Below are positions 39,190 through 51,730 of a DNA stretch of 64,000 nucleotides, piece by piece. The stretch lies in contig CAVXXK010000003.1 in NCBI GenBank assembly GCA_963765675.1, forward strand, positions 538,136 to 602,135, read 5' to 3'. Numbering within the stretch: position 1 is the stretch's first letter; each line of letters starts with the position of its first letter. Under the pieces are notes generated by a model. The model saw nothing but the letters and a program-made list of their open reading frames with translations, did no database searches and had not been told where the DNA came from. A program made the translations under genes and the position numbers. The stretch comes from an uncultured delta proteobacterium (GTDB lineage Bacteria; Desulfobacterota; Binatia; Binatales; Binataceae).

Positions 39190-39333
39190 GGCGGCGAAAT
39201 CGCCCGCCGATATTGACCCGATAATCGGCAAGGGGCGGATTTTAACGATTTAAAACGCACAGTAGCAATCAGATCGGACCGCCCCGCCAATACGTATTTG
39301 TACGTAGTCAGGATTAGCGCGATTGCCGGAGAA

Positions 39334-39786
39334 CTACCGGCCCGTATGGCCGAAGCCGCCGGGGCCCCGCGCGGTGTCGCCTAGATCATCGACCTCGACG
39401 ATCTCCGCGCGGATCACCGGCGCGATGATGAGTTGCGCGATCCGGTCGCCGGGATGAATCTCGATCGGACGCTCGCCCAGGTTGACGATCAGCACCTTCA
39501 CCTCGCCGCGAAAGTCGGCATCGATCGTGCCGGGCGTGTTAATGAGCGTCAGACCATCCGACAGTGCGCGGCCGCTGCGCGGACGCACCTGACCCTCGTA
39601 GCCGGGAGGAATTTCGAGCGCGATTCCGGTCGGGATCGGGCGGCGCTCGCGCGGCGCGATTAGAATTGTCGCGAAGAGATCGGCGACGAGATCCATCCCG
39701 GCGGCATGCGCGCTCTGATAGGCGGGAGTCGCAGCCGAGGGGCGCAACCGCTTCACCTTGATCGTCACGTTTGCCGGCGAGTCCAT
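39334..39786 (-). CDS. dut: dUTP diphosphatase
   Basis: AGMDL, IPTG, QVRPRSG, NTPGTIDADFRGE, RIAQL, RG.GGFGHTG. Confidence 0.96.
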   Translation of the reverse strand: MDSPANVTIKVKRLRPSAATPAYQSAHAAGMDLVADLFATILIAPRERRPIPTGIALEIPPGYEGQVRPRSGRALSDGLTLINTPGTIDADFRGEVKVLIVNLGERPIEIHPGDRIAQLIIAPVIRAEIVEVDDLGDTARGPGGFGHTGR

Positions 39787-40010
39787 CGGCAGAAGTTAAG
39801 CACAGATCAGCGGCGAGATGCATCGCCGCCGTACGCTCACGCGCGCGATTGATAAAAAACCATCTCGTTACGGAGCGATGCACGATGCCACCGCCAAATG
39901 ATCATTCTCCTGCTCCTGCCGAGTGGGCGATCATCCGAATCGCGAAGGAACGCGGAGGTGTGCGTCCCCTCGAATGGCAGAGAGCGACGCGCGCCAAAAA
40001 AGAACTCTCA

Positions 40011-40094
40011 GCAAGGCCGCCCTCACCCGCGCGTCACGGCGATTGCTGAAAAAAGCAATCGCCGCGCCGCTTGCCCTCTCCCGGTGGGAGAGGG
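40011..40094. repeat. REP-like element, family A
   Basis: Near-exact reverse complement of 12965-13047. Confidence 0.9.
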
Positions 40095-40145
40095 TATCTG
40101 CAAACTCCGTCCGTACACCGACCTGCGCTGCCGGCGAACAGAGCA

Positions 40146-40237
40146 GGCGGCCACTAAGACACGAAGACACTAAGGAAGAAGGATTTTTCTCTTTCAGAAA
40201 AAATTCTTCTTCGTGTCTTCGTGTCTTAGTGGCCGCC
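40146..40237. repeat. Long palindromic element (family C, GACACGAAGACAC arms)
   Basis: GGCGGCCACTAAGACACGAAGACAC ... GTGTCTTCGTGTCTTAGTGGCCGCC perfect 25-bp arms around an AT-rich centre. Confidence 0.85.
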
Positions 40238-40248
40238 CGCCTTCTGAC

Positions 40249-41511
40249 TTACGCTAGGGCGGAAAATACGGATTGGTCGAGTTTTTTGCCTTTCAGGTCG
40301 CCTAGCAGGATCATCGCCATTTTTTCGGGTTGGAACCAGGCGGCGGCGAGCTCGACGATCTGGTCGTTGGTGACGGCGTCGATTCCGGCGGCTAGTTCTG
40401 CGACCGGGATTTCGCGGCGGAAATATATTTCGTTGCGCGCGAGGCGATTCATCCTGCTCTCGGTGCCTTCGAGGCCGAGCAGCATGTTGCCCTTGAGCTG
40501 GCTCTTGCAGCGCGCGAGCTCGGCGGGCACGAGCCCGTCACGCGCGACCTTGCGAACCTCGCGCATCGTGACTTCCAGAACCTCGTCGACCCACTCAGGA
40601 TTGGTGCCGGCGTAGATTCCGAAGTAACCACAATCGGCAAACGACGACATGAACGAGTAGATGCTGTAAACCCGGCCGCGCTTCTCGCGCACTTCCTGGA
40701 ACAGGCGTGACGACATCCCACCGCCCAAAGCGGTGTTGAGCAGGTAGCTCGCGTAGCGCAGCTCGGCGCCCTGGCTGAGGCCGGGACCGCCGATACAGAT
40801 GTGAGCCTGTTCGAGTTTCTTTTCGTGATAGAGCACGAACCGGCGATCGACGGGCGGCGCGATCTTTTCGGTCATCCCGTCGCCCTTGATCACGCTGAAC
40901 AGGCGCTCGCAATCGCGCACCAGTCGATCGTGATCGACCTGGCCGGCGGCGGCGATAAACACGCGATGCGCGCGGTAGCGCTCGGCCATGAACGAGCGCA
41001 AAAGCCCCCGATCGATTTTGTTGACGGACGCGACCGAGCCGAAAATCGGGAGCGACAGCGGATGCCCTTCCCAGAATTTCAGCGTGAACAGGTCGTGGAT
41101 GAAATCGTCGGGAGTGTCTTCGGCCTGCGAGATTTCCTGCAGCACGACCTGCCGCTCGCGATCGATTTCCTCGGAGTCGAAAATCGATTCGAGGAAAATA
41201 TCCGCGAGCAGATCGATCGTCATCGGCAGGTCTTCGCCCAGCACCTTGGCGTAGTAGCAGGTGTATTCCTTGCCGGTGAACGCGTTGAGCACGCCGCCGA
41301 CGTTGTCCATCTCTTCGGCGATTTGCGCGGCGGTGCGTTTTTTCGTGCCCTTGAACAGCAGATGCTCGATAAAGTGCGAGACCCCGCTTTCGGCCGGAGT
41401 CTCGTAGCGCGAACCATTCTCAACCCAGATGCCGATAGTTGACGACACCATCTGCGGCATCGCCTCGGACAGAACCCGAACGCCGTTGGACAGAACGCTG
41501 CGTGATACCAT
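40249..41511 (-). CDS. M16 (pitrilysin-family) zinc peptidase
   Basis: HFIEH (HxxEH), NAFT.KEYT.YY, LGGGMSSRLFQEVREKRG; usual position between pnp and dut. Confidence 0.93.
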   Translation of the reverse strand: MVSRSVLSNGVRVLSEAMPQMVSSTIGIWVENGSRYETPAESGVSHFIEHLLFKGTKKRTAAQIAEEMDNVGGVLNAFTGKEYTCYYAKVLGEDLPMTIDLLADIFLESIFDSEEIDRERQVVLQEISQAEDTPDDFIHDLFTLKFWEGHPLSLPIFGSVASVNKIDRGLLRSFMAERYRAHRVFIAAAGQVDHDRLVRDCERLFSVIKGDGMTEKIAPPVDRRFVLYHEKKLEQAHICIGGPGLSQGAELRYASYLLNTALGGGMSSRLFQEVREKRGRVYSIYSFMSSFADCGYFGIYAGTNPEWVDEVLEVTMREVRKVARDGLVPAELARCKSQLKGNMLLGLEGTESRMNRLARNEIYFRREIPVAELAAGIDAVTNDQIVELAAAWFQPEKMAMILLGDLKGKKLDQSVFSALA

Positions 41512-41523
41512 CGCGGCCGGCGC

Positions 41524-43611
41524 CTACTTCTTGGCGTCCTGCTCGGCTTCGCGCATCGAGAGCCGAATCTTGCCGCTGCGATCGACGTCGAGGACCTTGA
41601 CCTTGATCTCGTCGCCCTCGTGCAGCACGTCCTCGACGCGGCGGATTCGCTCGTTCGAGATTTGCGAGATATGCAGCAAGCCGTCGGTGCCGGGCATGAT
41701 TTCGACGAACGCGCCGAACTCGACGATCTTGCGCACCACGCCGTCATAGATCTTGCCGATTTCGGGCTCGGCGCAGATCGCCTGGATCGCACTGATCGCT
41801 TTTTCCATCGCGGCGCCGTCGCTCGAGGCGATAAGCACGGTGCCGTCGTCCTCGATATCGATCTTGCAGCCGGTTTCCTCGACCAGGCCGCGAATCACCT
41901 TGCCGCCCGGACCGATCACTTCGCGAATCTTGTCGGGCTTGATCTTGATCGTGACGATCCGCGGTGCGTAGGCGGAAAGATCCTTGCGCGGCTCCGCGAT
42001 CGCCTTCTGCATCACGCCGAGGATGAACACCCGCGCGTCGCGGGCCTGGTAGAGCGCCTGGCGCAGAACGTCACGCGTGATTCCGCCGGCCTTGTTGTCC
42101 ATCTGGATCGCGGTGACGCCGGTTGCGGTGCCCGCGACCTTGAAGTCCATGTCGCCGAAGTGATCCTCGTCGCCCAGGATGTCGGTCAGGACGGCGACCT
42201 TGTCGCCCTCCTTCACCAGGCCCATCGCGATTCCCGCGACTGGCGCCTTGATCGGCACGCCCGCGTCCATGAGCGCAAGGCTTCCGCCGCACACCGTGGC
42301 CATCGAGGAGCTGCCGTTGGATTCGAGCACCTCCGACACGACGCGAATCGTGTAGGGGAAATCGCTCTCATCGGGGAGAATCGGCGACAGCGCCCGCTCC
42401 GCCAGCGCGCCGTGTCCGATATCGCGTCTGGAAGGCGCGCGCAGGAACTTGACCTCGCCGGTCGAGAACGGAGGGAAATTGTAGTGGAGCAAAAATTTCT
42501 TGAAGCGCTCGCCCAGCAGCGCGTCGATCTTCTGCTCGTCGGACGAGGTCCCGAGCGTGACCGTCGCGAGCACCTGGGTCTCGCCGCGGCTGAAAATCGC
42601 GGAGCCGTGGGTGCGCGGGAGCGCCTTGACTTGCGCGCTCAGCGGCCGGATATCGGTCGGCTTGCGATCGTCGATTCGCTTGTGATGGTCGAGAATCTCG
42701 GAGCGCACATGCTGGCGCACGATCTTGTCGCACGCCTCTTCGAGCTCGCCCGCGCGATTTGGAAACTGTTCGGCCAGAGCGGCCACCGCGCCGTCGATTA
42801 TTCCGTACACCGCGGTGTTGCGTTCCTTTTTGCCGGCGGTCGCGAACGCTTTTCCAATTCCGTCGCCGACGTGGTTTTGCACCGCATCGAACAGCGCCGC
42901 GTCCATCGTCTTGACCTTGAACTCGCGCTTGGGCTTGCCGGCGACCTCGCGGAGCTGTTCCTGGATCTCGAACAGCGGACGCATCGCCTCGTGCGCCGTG
43001 AACAGCGCCTCGACGATTGCGTCTTCCTCGACGATCTGCGCGCCGCCTTCGAGCATCACGATCGAATCGGGCTTGCCCGCGACCATCAGCGAGAAATCGC
43101 TTTCTTCGAGCTCGCCGATCTTCGGGCTGACGGTAATCTTGCCGCCGATCCGCCCCATCCGCACCGCGGCAACGGGTCCGTCGTGCGGGATATCGGAGAC
43201 CTGGAGCGCGGCCGAGGCGGCGATCAGCGCGAGCGCATCGGTATCGTTATCGTAATCGGCACTGAGCACGGTCACGATAATCTGGGTTTCCTTGTCGTAG
43301 CCCTTGGGAAACAGCGGGCGCATCGCGCGGTCGATCAGGCGCGAGGTGAGGACTTCTTTTTCCGAGGCGCGGCCTTCGCGCTTGAAGAATCCGCCGGGAA
43401 TCTTACCGGCGGCGAAGGTCTTTTCGACGTAATCAACGGTGAGCGGCAGGAAATCGATCTTGTCGCGGCTCTTGTACTCCGAGGTCGCGGTCGCGAGCAC
43501 CACGGTATCGCCATATTGGGCGAGCACGGAGCCGTGCGCCTGTTTGGCGAGACGGCCGGTTTCGAGCGACAACTGCCGCCCGGCAAATTCAATCTCTAGT
43601 TTGTGGGACAT
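41524..43611 (-). CDS. pnp: Polyribonucleotide nucleotidyltransferase
   Basis: ETGRLAKQA, FLPLTVDY, RLIDR, SNGSSSMA, GDMDFKVAG, KH and S1 domains; start MSHKLEI. Confidence 0.97.
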   Translation of the reverse strand: MSHKLEIEFAGRQLSLETGRLAKQAHGSVLAQYGDTVVLATATSEYKSRDKIDFLPLTVDYVEKTFAAGKIPGGFFKREGRASEKEVLTSRLIDRAMRPLFPKGYDKETQIIVTVLSADYDNDTDALALIAASAALQVSDIPHDGPVAAVRMGRIGGKITVSPKIGELEESDFSLMVAGKPDSIVMLEGGAQIVEEDAIVEALFTAHEAMRPLFEIQEQLREVAGKPKREFKVKTMDAALFDAVQNHVGDGIGKAFATAGKKERNTAVYGIIDGAVAALAEQFPNRAGELEEACDKIVRQHVRSEILDHHKRIDDRKPTDIRPLSAQVKALPRTHGSAIFSRGETQVLATVTLGTSSDEQKIDALLGERFKKFLLHYNFPPFSTGEVKFLRAPSRRDIGHGALAERALSPILPDESDFPYTIRVVSEVLESNGSSSMATVCGGSLALMDAGVPIKAPVAGIAMGLVKEGDKVAVLTDILGDEDHFGDMDFKVAGTATGVTAIQMDNKAGGITRDVLRQALYQARDARVFILGVMQKAIAEPRKDLSAYAPRIVTIKIKPDKIREVIGPGGKVIRGLVEETGCKIDIEDDGTVLIASSDGAAMEKAISAIQAICAEPEIGKIYDGVVRKIVEFGAFVEIMPGTDGLLHISQISNERIRRVEDVLHEGDEIKVKVLDVDRSGKIRLSMREAEQDAKK

Positions 43612-43767
43612 GTAATGACACCTGAGGGAGGCACGGGGCCGCGGACGACTGCGGGCGATATTCCCGCCGGGCACCATCGATGGTACGCACACCGACTGGC
43701 CGGGCGGCTGGTCGGGGCCCGCGTCTGCCCGGAGAAAAATGCGGGCGGCGCGGCCAAATGATGCGGC

Positions 43768-44037
43768 CTATCTCCGGATGCCGAGTTTCTCGATCAGCCC
43801 TTTGTATCGGGCGAAGTCGCGCGAATGGAGGTAATCCAGCAATCGGCGGCGCTGGCCGACGATCCGAAGCAGACCCCGGCGCGAATGATGATCCTTCGTG
43901 TGCGTGCCGAGATGCGCGGTCAGCTGCTCGATCCGTGCGGACAGGAGTGCGACCTGCACTTCGGGAGAACCGCTGTCGGTGGTGGACCGGGCGTTGGCCT
44001 GGATAATTTCCTTTTTCTTGGCGACCTGGAGGGGCAT
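43768..44037 (-). CDS. rpsO: 30S ribosomal protein S15
   Basis: [30 protein letters not shown]; 89 aa. Confidence 0.97.
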   Translation of the reverse strand: MPLQVAKKKEIIQANARSTTDSGSPEVQVALLSARIEQLTAHLGTHTKDHHSRRGLLRIVGQRRRLLDYLHSRDFARYKGLIEKLGIRR

Positions 44038-44080
44038 TCGGAGTTCTTTCTTTCCCTTTTGTTCCTTTGTTAATCCGAGG

Positions 44081-44109
44081 AAACTAACAAAGCCGCGCCC
44101 ATGAGTAAA
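44081..44109 (-). promoter_or_regulatory. Candidate promoter for rpsO-pnp
   Basis: Minus strand TTTACT-N17-TAGTTT with TG extended -10; overlapped by a CTTTGTTA...TAACAAAG dyad. Confidence 0.4.
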
Positions 44110-44220
44110 GGCGAGACCATTGCCAGGCTGGGCTGTCGTCGCCGCGCGAGTGGCTGCCGCGTGCGAGGAGTCCCGAGCAAAGGGCCGCTGCACGAGGCGT
44201 GGATGCGGAGCATGGCCGCC

Positions 44221-44328
44221 TCGGGATTTCTCCCTTCGGTCGAAATGACGGATGTGGGCTTGAAGCATGGGTATCGTAGTCTCAGCCGGGCCCCCAATCG
44301 TCATTTCGACCACCGGGAGAAATCCCGA
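44221..44328. repeat. Inverted pair of REP-like elements (family D, GTCATTTCGA..GAGAAATC)
   Basis: 44221-44250 and 44299-44328 are reverse complements at 27/30 nt. Confidence 0.8.
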
Positions 44329-44418
44329 TGCGCTCATGCACTCGTCCGCAGATGGCGCGAAGACCACGGCCGAGCACGGGATTCGTCGTGCGGCAGCTGC
44401 GCGCGTGACAAGAGCCGA

Positions 44419-45309
44419 TCACGAGTTGAAGATTCGCTCGATTACCGCTGTTACGCGCGAGGTCGCTCGGGCGATTGCGATGAGCGCGCCGGGTTCGGAA
44501 ATCACCTTGAAATAGCCGGACGCTACCGGCGCCATCATGTCGAGCACGCTCGAATCACCGTTGCGCAGGCGGCGTTCGGCGGCGGAATCGACCGTGGCCT
44601 CCGGCATCGCGCCGACGGCGTCGCGAAGAGAGAGGGTCTTGAGCGCGGCGGTATCACCTGCCTCGAGCGCGGCGACGACGATGTCGAGGCCAACTGCATC
44701 GGCGATCTGAAAATGGCTCGTGCGGGTGCGGCGCAATTCGTCCAGATACGCCGCCGTGCCGAGCGCCACGCCGATATCGCGGGCGAGTGAGCGGATGTAG
44801 GTGCCGGGCGAGCATACGACGACGAAGTTGATCCGGTCGCATCCGGAGGCTTCGAGCGCGAGCGATTTTATCTCGACCCCGCGGGGTGGCGGCGGCGCGA
44901 TATCGATATTCTTGCGCGCGAGCTTGTACATCGGCACGCCTTCGCGCTTGATCGCGGAGAAGATCGGCGGCGTCTGCGTGATCGTGCCGATGAACTCCGC
45001 CGCTACTTCGCCGATTCGCGCGGGCGTGAGCGCGGGGACTGGCGCAGTGCGGATAACCTGGCCATCGCGATCGAGGGTATCTGTCTCAACGCCGAGCTTG
45101 ATCGTGCCGACATATTCCTTGTCGCCGCCTTCAAGGAACGGGGCGAGCTTGGTCGCTTCGCCGATCATGATCGGCAGAAGGCCGGTCGCGAACGGATCGA
45201 GCGTGCCGAGATGGCCCACGCGCGCGGGCTTGACGAATCGCTTGATTCGGCGGACGGCCTCGGCCGAGGTGATTCCGGCGGGCTTGTCGAGAAGAATTAC
45301 CGCGTCCAT
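44419..45309 (-). CDS. truB: tRNA pseudouridine(55) synthase
   Basis: DKP.G.TS, GHLGTLDPFATG, PPIFSAIK, GTYIRSLARD, LRRT. Confidence 0.96.
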   Translation of the reverse strand: MDAVILLDKPAGITSAEAVRRIKRFVKPARVGHLGTLDPFATGLLPIMIGEATKLAPFLEGGDKEYVGTIKLGVETDTLDRDGQVIRTAPVPALTPARIGEVAAEFIGTITQTPPIFSAIKREGVPMYKLARKNIDIAPPPPRGVEIKSLALEASGCDRINFVVVCSPGTYIRSLARDIGVALGTAAYLDELRRTRTSHFQIADAVGLDIVVAALEAGDTAALKTLSLRDAVGAMPEATVDSAAERRLRNGDSSVLDMMAPVASGYFKVISEPGALIAIARATSRVTAVIERIFNS

Positions 45310-45659
45310 CGGGAAGTCTCGGGGAAGTCTCGAGGATAGCGGACGATTCGCAGCCGCGTAAGAGCGAGCGCATCGCCAAGAGAGTGGAGAGCCGGCCACG
45401 CACGCATCGCGACCGGCTCCCCTGCTGGGGTTGGGGTGGGGGAAACCCGGCAAAAAAGAGGATCCGGCATTCCTTCCGTGATCCGCCGGCGCATTCGAGA
45501 ACTCGGGCATCTCCCGAAACAATTTCGCGACCGGAGAGGTGCTCGAGCTAAACGATCGTTCAGGACAAACCGACCGTTTAGTAGGCTACGATTCAATGGA
45601 TTAGAACTTTTCCGTCGAGAACACAAGGGTCGCGCGTTGCCTGATCCGTCGCCCTTTGG

Positions 45660-45745
45660 GAGGCTGTCGATAAATGCCGAATTCTTGTCCGTCATCCTGG
45701 GGGCATTGGCGAGAAAATCGACATCCCCCTTTTGGGGAGAGGGAT
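45660..45745. repeat. Family B element end plus family A-like hairpin
   Basis: GAGGCTGTCGATAAATGCCGAATTCTTGTCCGTCATCCT (matches 20397-20435), then TCCCCCTTTTGGGGAGAGGGA. Confidence 0.65.
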
Positions 45746-45765
45746 CAGAATCGTCATACGCGTGG

Positions 45766-46116
45766 CTACTGGCGGGAGCGGGATTCTCTCAATAGGACTT
45801 CGATCCGCGCGGCGCGTTCGAGGCCGGGGTCGAATTCGAAATCTAGCTCGGGCGTGTAGCGGAGGCCGAGGACGCGGCCCATCTCGCGGCGGATAAATCC
45901 ACTCGCGCTCTTGAAGCCGGCGATCGCGGCGGGCGCGCGCGCCGAGCCTTCCAGATGCGAGAAGTACACCCGGCCGTGGCGCAGGTCGTCGGCCATCGTG
46001 ACCTGCGTGAGCGTGACGCCGCGCAGGCGCGGGTCGCGCAGATCGCGCATCAGCAGGGCGGACAGCTCGCGCAGGATCATCTCCGCCACCCGTTCGGGCC
46101 GTCGTGCTTCGCTCAC
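45766..46116 (-). CDS. rbfA: Ribosome-binding factor A
   Basis: R.ERVAE, DPRL, DLRH..VY, ASGFIR, LRYTPEL.F..D; GTG start. Confidence 0.95.
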   Translation of the reverse strand: MSEARRPERVAEMILRELSALLMRDLRDPRLRGVTLTQVTMADDLRHGRVYFSHLEGSARAPAAIAGFKSASGFIRREMGRVLGLRYTPELDFEFDPGLERAARIEVLLRESRSRQ

Positions 46117-46138
46117 TTGAGTCTCTCCAGACGAATTC

Positions 46139-46426
46139 CTAGCAATTGATAATTTCGAGCCGCTCTTCGCCGAGCGGCGCAAGTCCGAGCGAGTCGATAA
46201 AGTTCACCACCTCGCGCAGAGCGTGATCGACGAACGGACGGTCGCTGCCGACCTGGCAGATGCCGAGTTCGGCGCGTTGCCACAAATCGTGGCCGTCGGA
46301 TTCCGCGATCGAGACGTTGAACTTGTTCTGCACGCGAGCCTTGATCGCGCGCAGCACCTGCCGTTTGCCCTTGAGTGAATGATTCTCAGGCAGAAAGAGC
46401 GTGAGGCGCAAAACTCCGACCACCAT
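46139..46426 (-). CDS. DUF503 (YlxP-like) protein
   Basis: SLKGKRQV, KFNVSIAE, DLWQRA.LG; position between infB and rbfA. Confidence 0.92.
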   Translation of the reverse strand: MVVGVLRLTLFLPENHSLKGKRQVLRAIKARVQNKFNVSIAESDGHDLWQRAELGICQVGSDRPFVDHALREVVNFIDSLGLAPLGEERLEIINC

Positions 46427-46496
46427 AAGTGTCGCCCCCTCCCCGCATCACGCGCGGCCCGTTAGCTCGCGCCCGCGCAAGACGAACGATCCGGCC

Positions 46497-49388
<2,892 letters not shown>

Positions 49389-49398
49389 CTTGGCTATT

Positions 49399-49692
49399 CT
49401 ATTCGAGCGATGCTTCTCTATCCAGTCGCGTGCGAATCGATTGTGCGATCCGCATCCGTTGATCCCGATCGATCCCGCTGCGCAGCGATTTGAACTGCCT
49501 GACCTTCGACTTGACGAAGCGCTCGAGGCATTCGGGACTCCGATGCAAATAACCGCCGCGTCCCGCTATGTTTCCGTCCTCGTCCAGCACCGCCTGACCG
49601 TCGCGAATCGCAATCCGCAGCATCGCGGATTGCGCCTCGTGCCGCATGCATCCGAGGCAGGTGCGGACGGGGCTATGACTTCCCTTCGGCAT
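49399..49692 (-). CDS. YlxR (DUF448) RNA-binding protein
   Basis: [17 protein letters not shown]...C; position between nusA and infB. Confidence 0.9.
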   Translation of the reverse strand: MPKGSHSPVRTCLGCMRHEAQSAMLRIAIRDGQAVLDEDGNIAGRGGYLHRSPECLERFVKSKVRQFKSLRSGIDRDQRMRIAQSIRTRLDREASLE

Positions 49693-51058
49693 CGGCCGGC
49701 GCCGGCGCTTCATCCTTTTCAGCGCCGTGAGTCGCCGCTTCGACGGCAGCTTCAGCGGCGGCCGCGGCGCGGACGCGATCGGCTTCAGCCTCGGCCTCGG
49801 CGCGCGCCTCTTCTACCTTGCGTTTCTCGGCGACATGGTTTCGCGCGGCGGCGATAATCTGCTGCGCGCGCTCGGGGCTGATACCCTCGACCTCGAAATT
49901 ATTTTCATCGGCTTCGGAAAGCTGCTCGGCCGACCTATAGCCCCACTGGAACAGCAACTCGGCGTTGATATCGCCGATTCCCGGAATCGCGTTCAGCGAC
50001 GCGCGCGCAGACCGCGCCTCTTCTTCGGCCTCGGCCTCGCTGCGCACGTCGAGCTTCCACTGGGTCAGGCGATGCGCCAGCCGGACGTTCTGGCCGCGCT
50101 TGCCGATCGCGAGCGAGAGCTGGTCGTCGGGGACGATCACCTCCATCGCGTGTTCGTCCTCGTCGATCACCACCTTGGAGACTTTTGCCGGTGCGAGCGC
50201 GCGGCAAACCAGCTCGGCCTGATCGTCGGTCCACGGCACGATATCGATCTTCTCGCCGCGCAGCTCCTGCACGACCGATTGCACGCGCGTGCCTTTCATT
50301 CCTACGCAGGCGCCGACCGGGTCGACGTCGGAGTCCTTGGAGTAGACGGCGACCTTGGCGCGACCGCCGGGCTCGCGTGCGCACTGGCGAATCTCGACGA
50401 TACCTTCGTAGATTTCCGGCACTTCCTGCGCGAACAGACCGATCAGGAAATCGTTCGAGGTGCGCGACAGGATTATCGCGAGGCCCTTTTCGGAGAGGTC
50501 GACGTCGAGGATCAGCGCGCGAATCCGATCGCCCTGGCGATAGCGCTCGTGCGGGATCTGCTCTTTCTCGGGCAGGATCGCCTCGGTGCGTCCCAGGTTG
50601 ACAATCATGTTCTTGCGCTCGAAGCGCTGCACGATTCCGGAGACGATCTCGCCCTTGCGATCCTTGAACTCGTTGAAGATCTGTTTGCGCTCGGCGTCGC
50701 GGATATGCTGGATGAGGTTTTGCTTGGCCGCCTGCGCCGCGATCCGGCCCATCGTCGCGGTGTCGAGCTTGATCAGAATTTCGTCGCCGACTTCGGCTTC
50801 GGGATCATATTTCGCGCGCGCTTCGACGATCGTGGCCTCAGCGGAAGGATTGGCGACGGTCTCGACCACGGTCTTGATCTCGAACAGCTCGATCTCGCCG
50901 AGCTCGGTGTTGAAGCGCGACTCGATATTGCGCTCGGCGCCGAAAGTGCGCCGCGCCGCAGAATGCATCATCTCCTCGACCGCGTTGATCACGATCGTCT
51001 TATCGATTCCCTTTTCCTTCGAGACTTGCTCGATAACCCGGTTCAGATCGACCTGCAT
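49673..51058 (-). CDS. nusA: Transcription termination/antitermination factor NusA
   Basis: GRIAAQAAKQ, AREPG.RAKVAV, DPVGACVG..G.RVQ, SLAIGKRGQNVRLA; start MQVDLN. Confidence 0.97.
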   Translation of the reverse strand: MQVDLNRVIEQVSKEKGIDKTIVINAVEEMMHSAARRTFGAERNIESRFNTELGEIELFEIKTVVETVANPSAEATIVEARAKYDPEAEVGDEILIKLDTATMGRIAAQAAKQNLIQHIRDAERKQIFNEFKDRKGEIVSGIVQRFERKNMIVNLGRTEAILPEKEQIPHERYRQGDRIRALILDVDLSEKGLAIILSRTSNDFLIGLFAQEVPEIYEGIVEIRQCAREPGGRAKVAVYSKDSDVDPVGACVGMKGTRVQSVVQELRGEKIDIVPWTDDQAELVCRALAPAKVSKVVIDEDEHAMEVIVPDDQLSLAIGKRGQNVRLAHRLTQWKLDVRSEAEAEEEARSARASLNAIPGIGDINAELLFQWGYRSAEQLSEADENNFEVEGISPERAQQIIAAARNHVAEKRKVEEARAEAEAEADRVRAAAAAEAAVEAATHGAEKDEAPAPADAEGKS

Positions 51059-51139
51059 ACCGCCTCCCCGGGGCGCACGGCATTCCGCGCGCCACAGCAC
51101 CAGCCGAATCGCATGGTTCGATTCGCGCGGCGCATTTCG

Positions 51140-51640
51140 TCAGGCTTTTTTCTTGCGTTCGTCAAAATCGTACTCGAAATTCGCCTTCGCCATCTCGCCG
51201 AAGCCAATCACGACCCGGCGATGGCTGATTTCGTCGTCCAACTCGATTCCGGACTCGCTCACTTCGGCCAGCCTGCCGGTAAACGACTTCTGTCCGTCGC
51301 GCGCCTGATGCGTCCGGATATTGACGCGTCCTCCGCGCACCGCCTCGAAGTGCTCGAGCTTGCGAAGCGGCCGGTTAAGCCCCGGCGACGCGACCTCCAG
51401 CGTGTAGCGCTCCGCCACCGGATCGTACACGTCGAGCAAATCGCTCAGGACCGGACTCAGCTTCTCCAAGTCGTCCAGTCCGATGCCGCCACCCGGCTTA
51501 TCCACCAAGAGCCGCACCAGCGAGCTTCGCGTGCCGTGCCGATACTCGACCGCGACCAGCTCATAGCCCTGCCGCTCGATATGCGGCTCCAGCAGCTCCG
51601 CGATCTTCGCGGCAACCGGATGTGGCGTCAGCACGAGCAT
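51140..51640 (-). CDS. rimP: Ribosome maturation factor RimP
   Basis: GYELVAVE, VDKPGG.I.LDD, LDV.DP....YTLEVASPGLNRPL. Confidence 0.95.
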   Translation of the reverse strand: MLVLTPHPVAAKIAELLEPHIERQGYELVAVEYRHGTRSSLVRLLVDKPGGGIGLDDLEKLSPVLSDLLDVYDPVAERYTLEVASPGLNRPLRKLEHFEAVRGGRVNIRTHQARDGQKSFTGRLAEVSESGIELDDEISHRRVVIGFGEMAKANFEYDFDERKKKA

Positions 51641-51706
51641 CGCGGATGCCTCCCTGGGGCGGATATGGACCCGCTCGAATTTACCGGAACCGTCGCCGAC
51701 ACCAAC

Positions 51707-51730
51707 AAAAAAGTGGGCACAGGCCCACTC
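51707..51730 (-). promoter_or_regulatory. rimP-leader attenuator hairpin
   Basis: Minus strand GAGTGGGC-ctgt-GCCCACTTTTTT about 70 nt upstream of rimP; matches the conserved GAGTGGG..CCCACT rimP-leader motif. Confidence 0.75.

Noticed and set aside
41620-43599. Long antisense ORFs (also 15830-17119, 30469-31713, 49727-51880, 52419-54032, 60033-61976)
   Set aside because: Opposite clearly identified housekeeping genes; explained by codon bias
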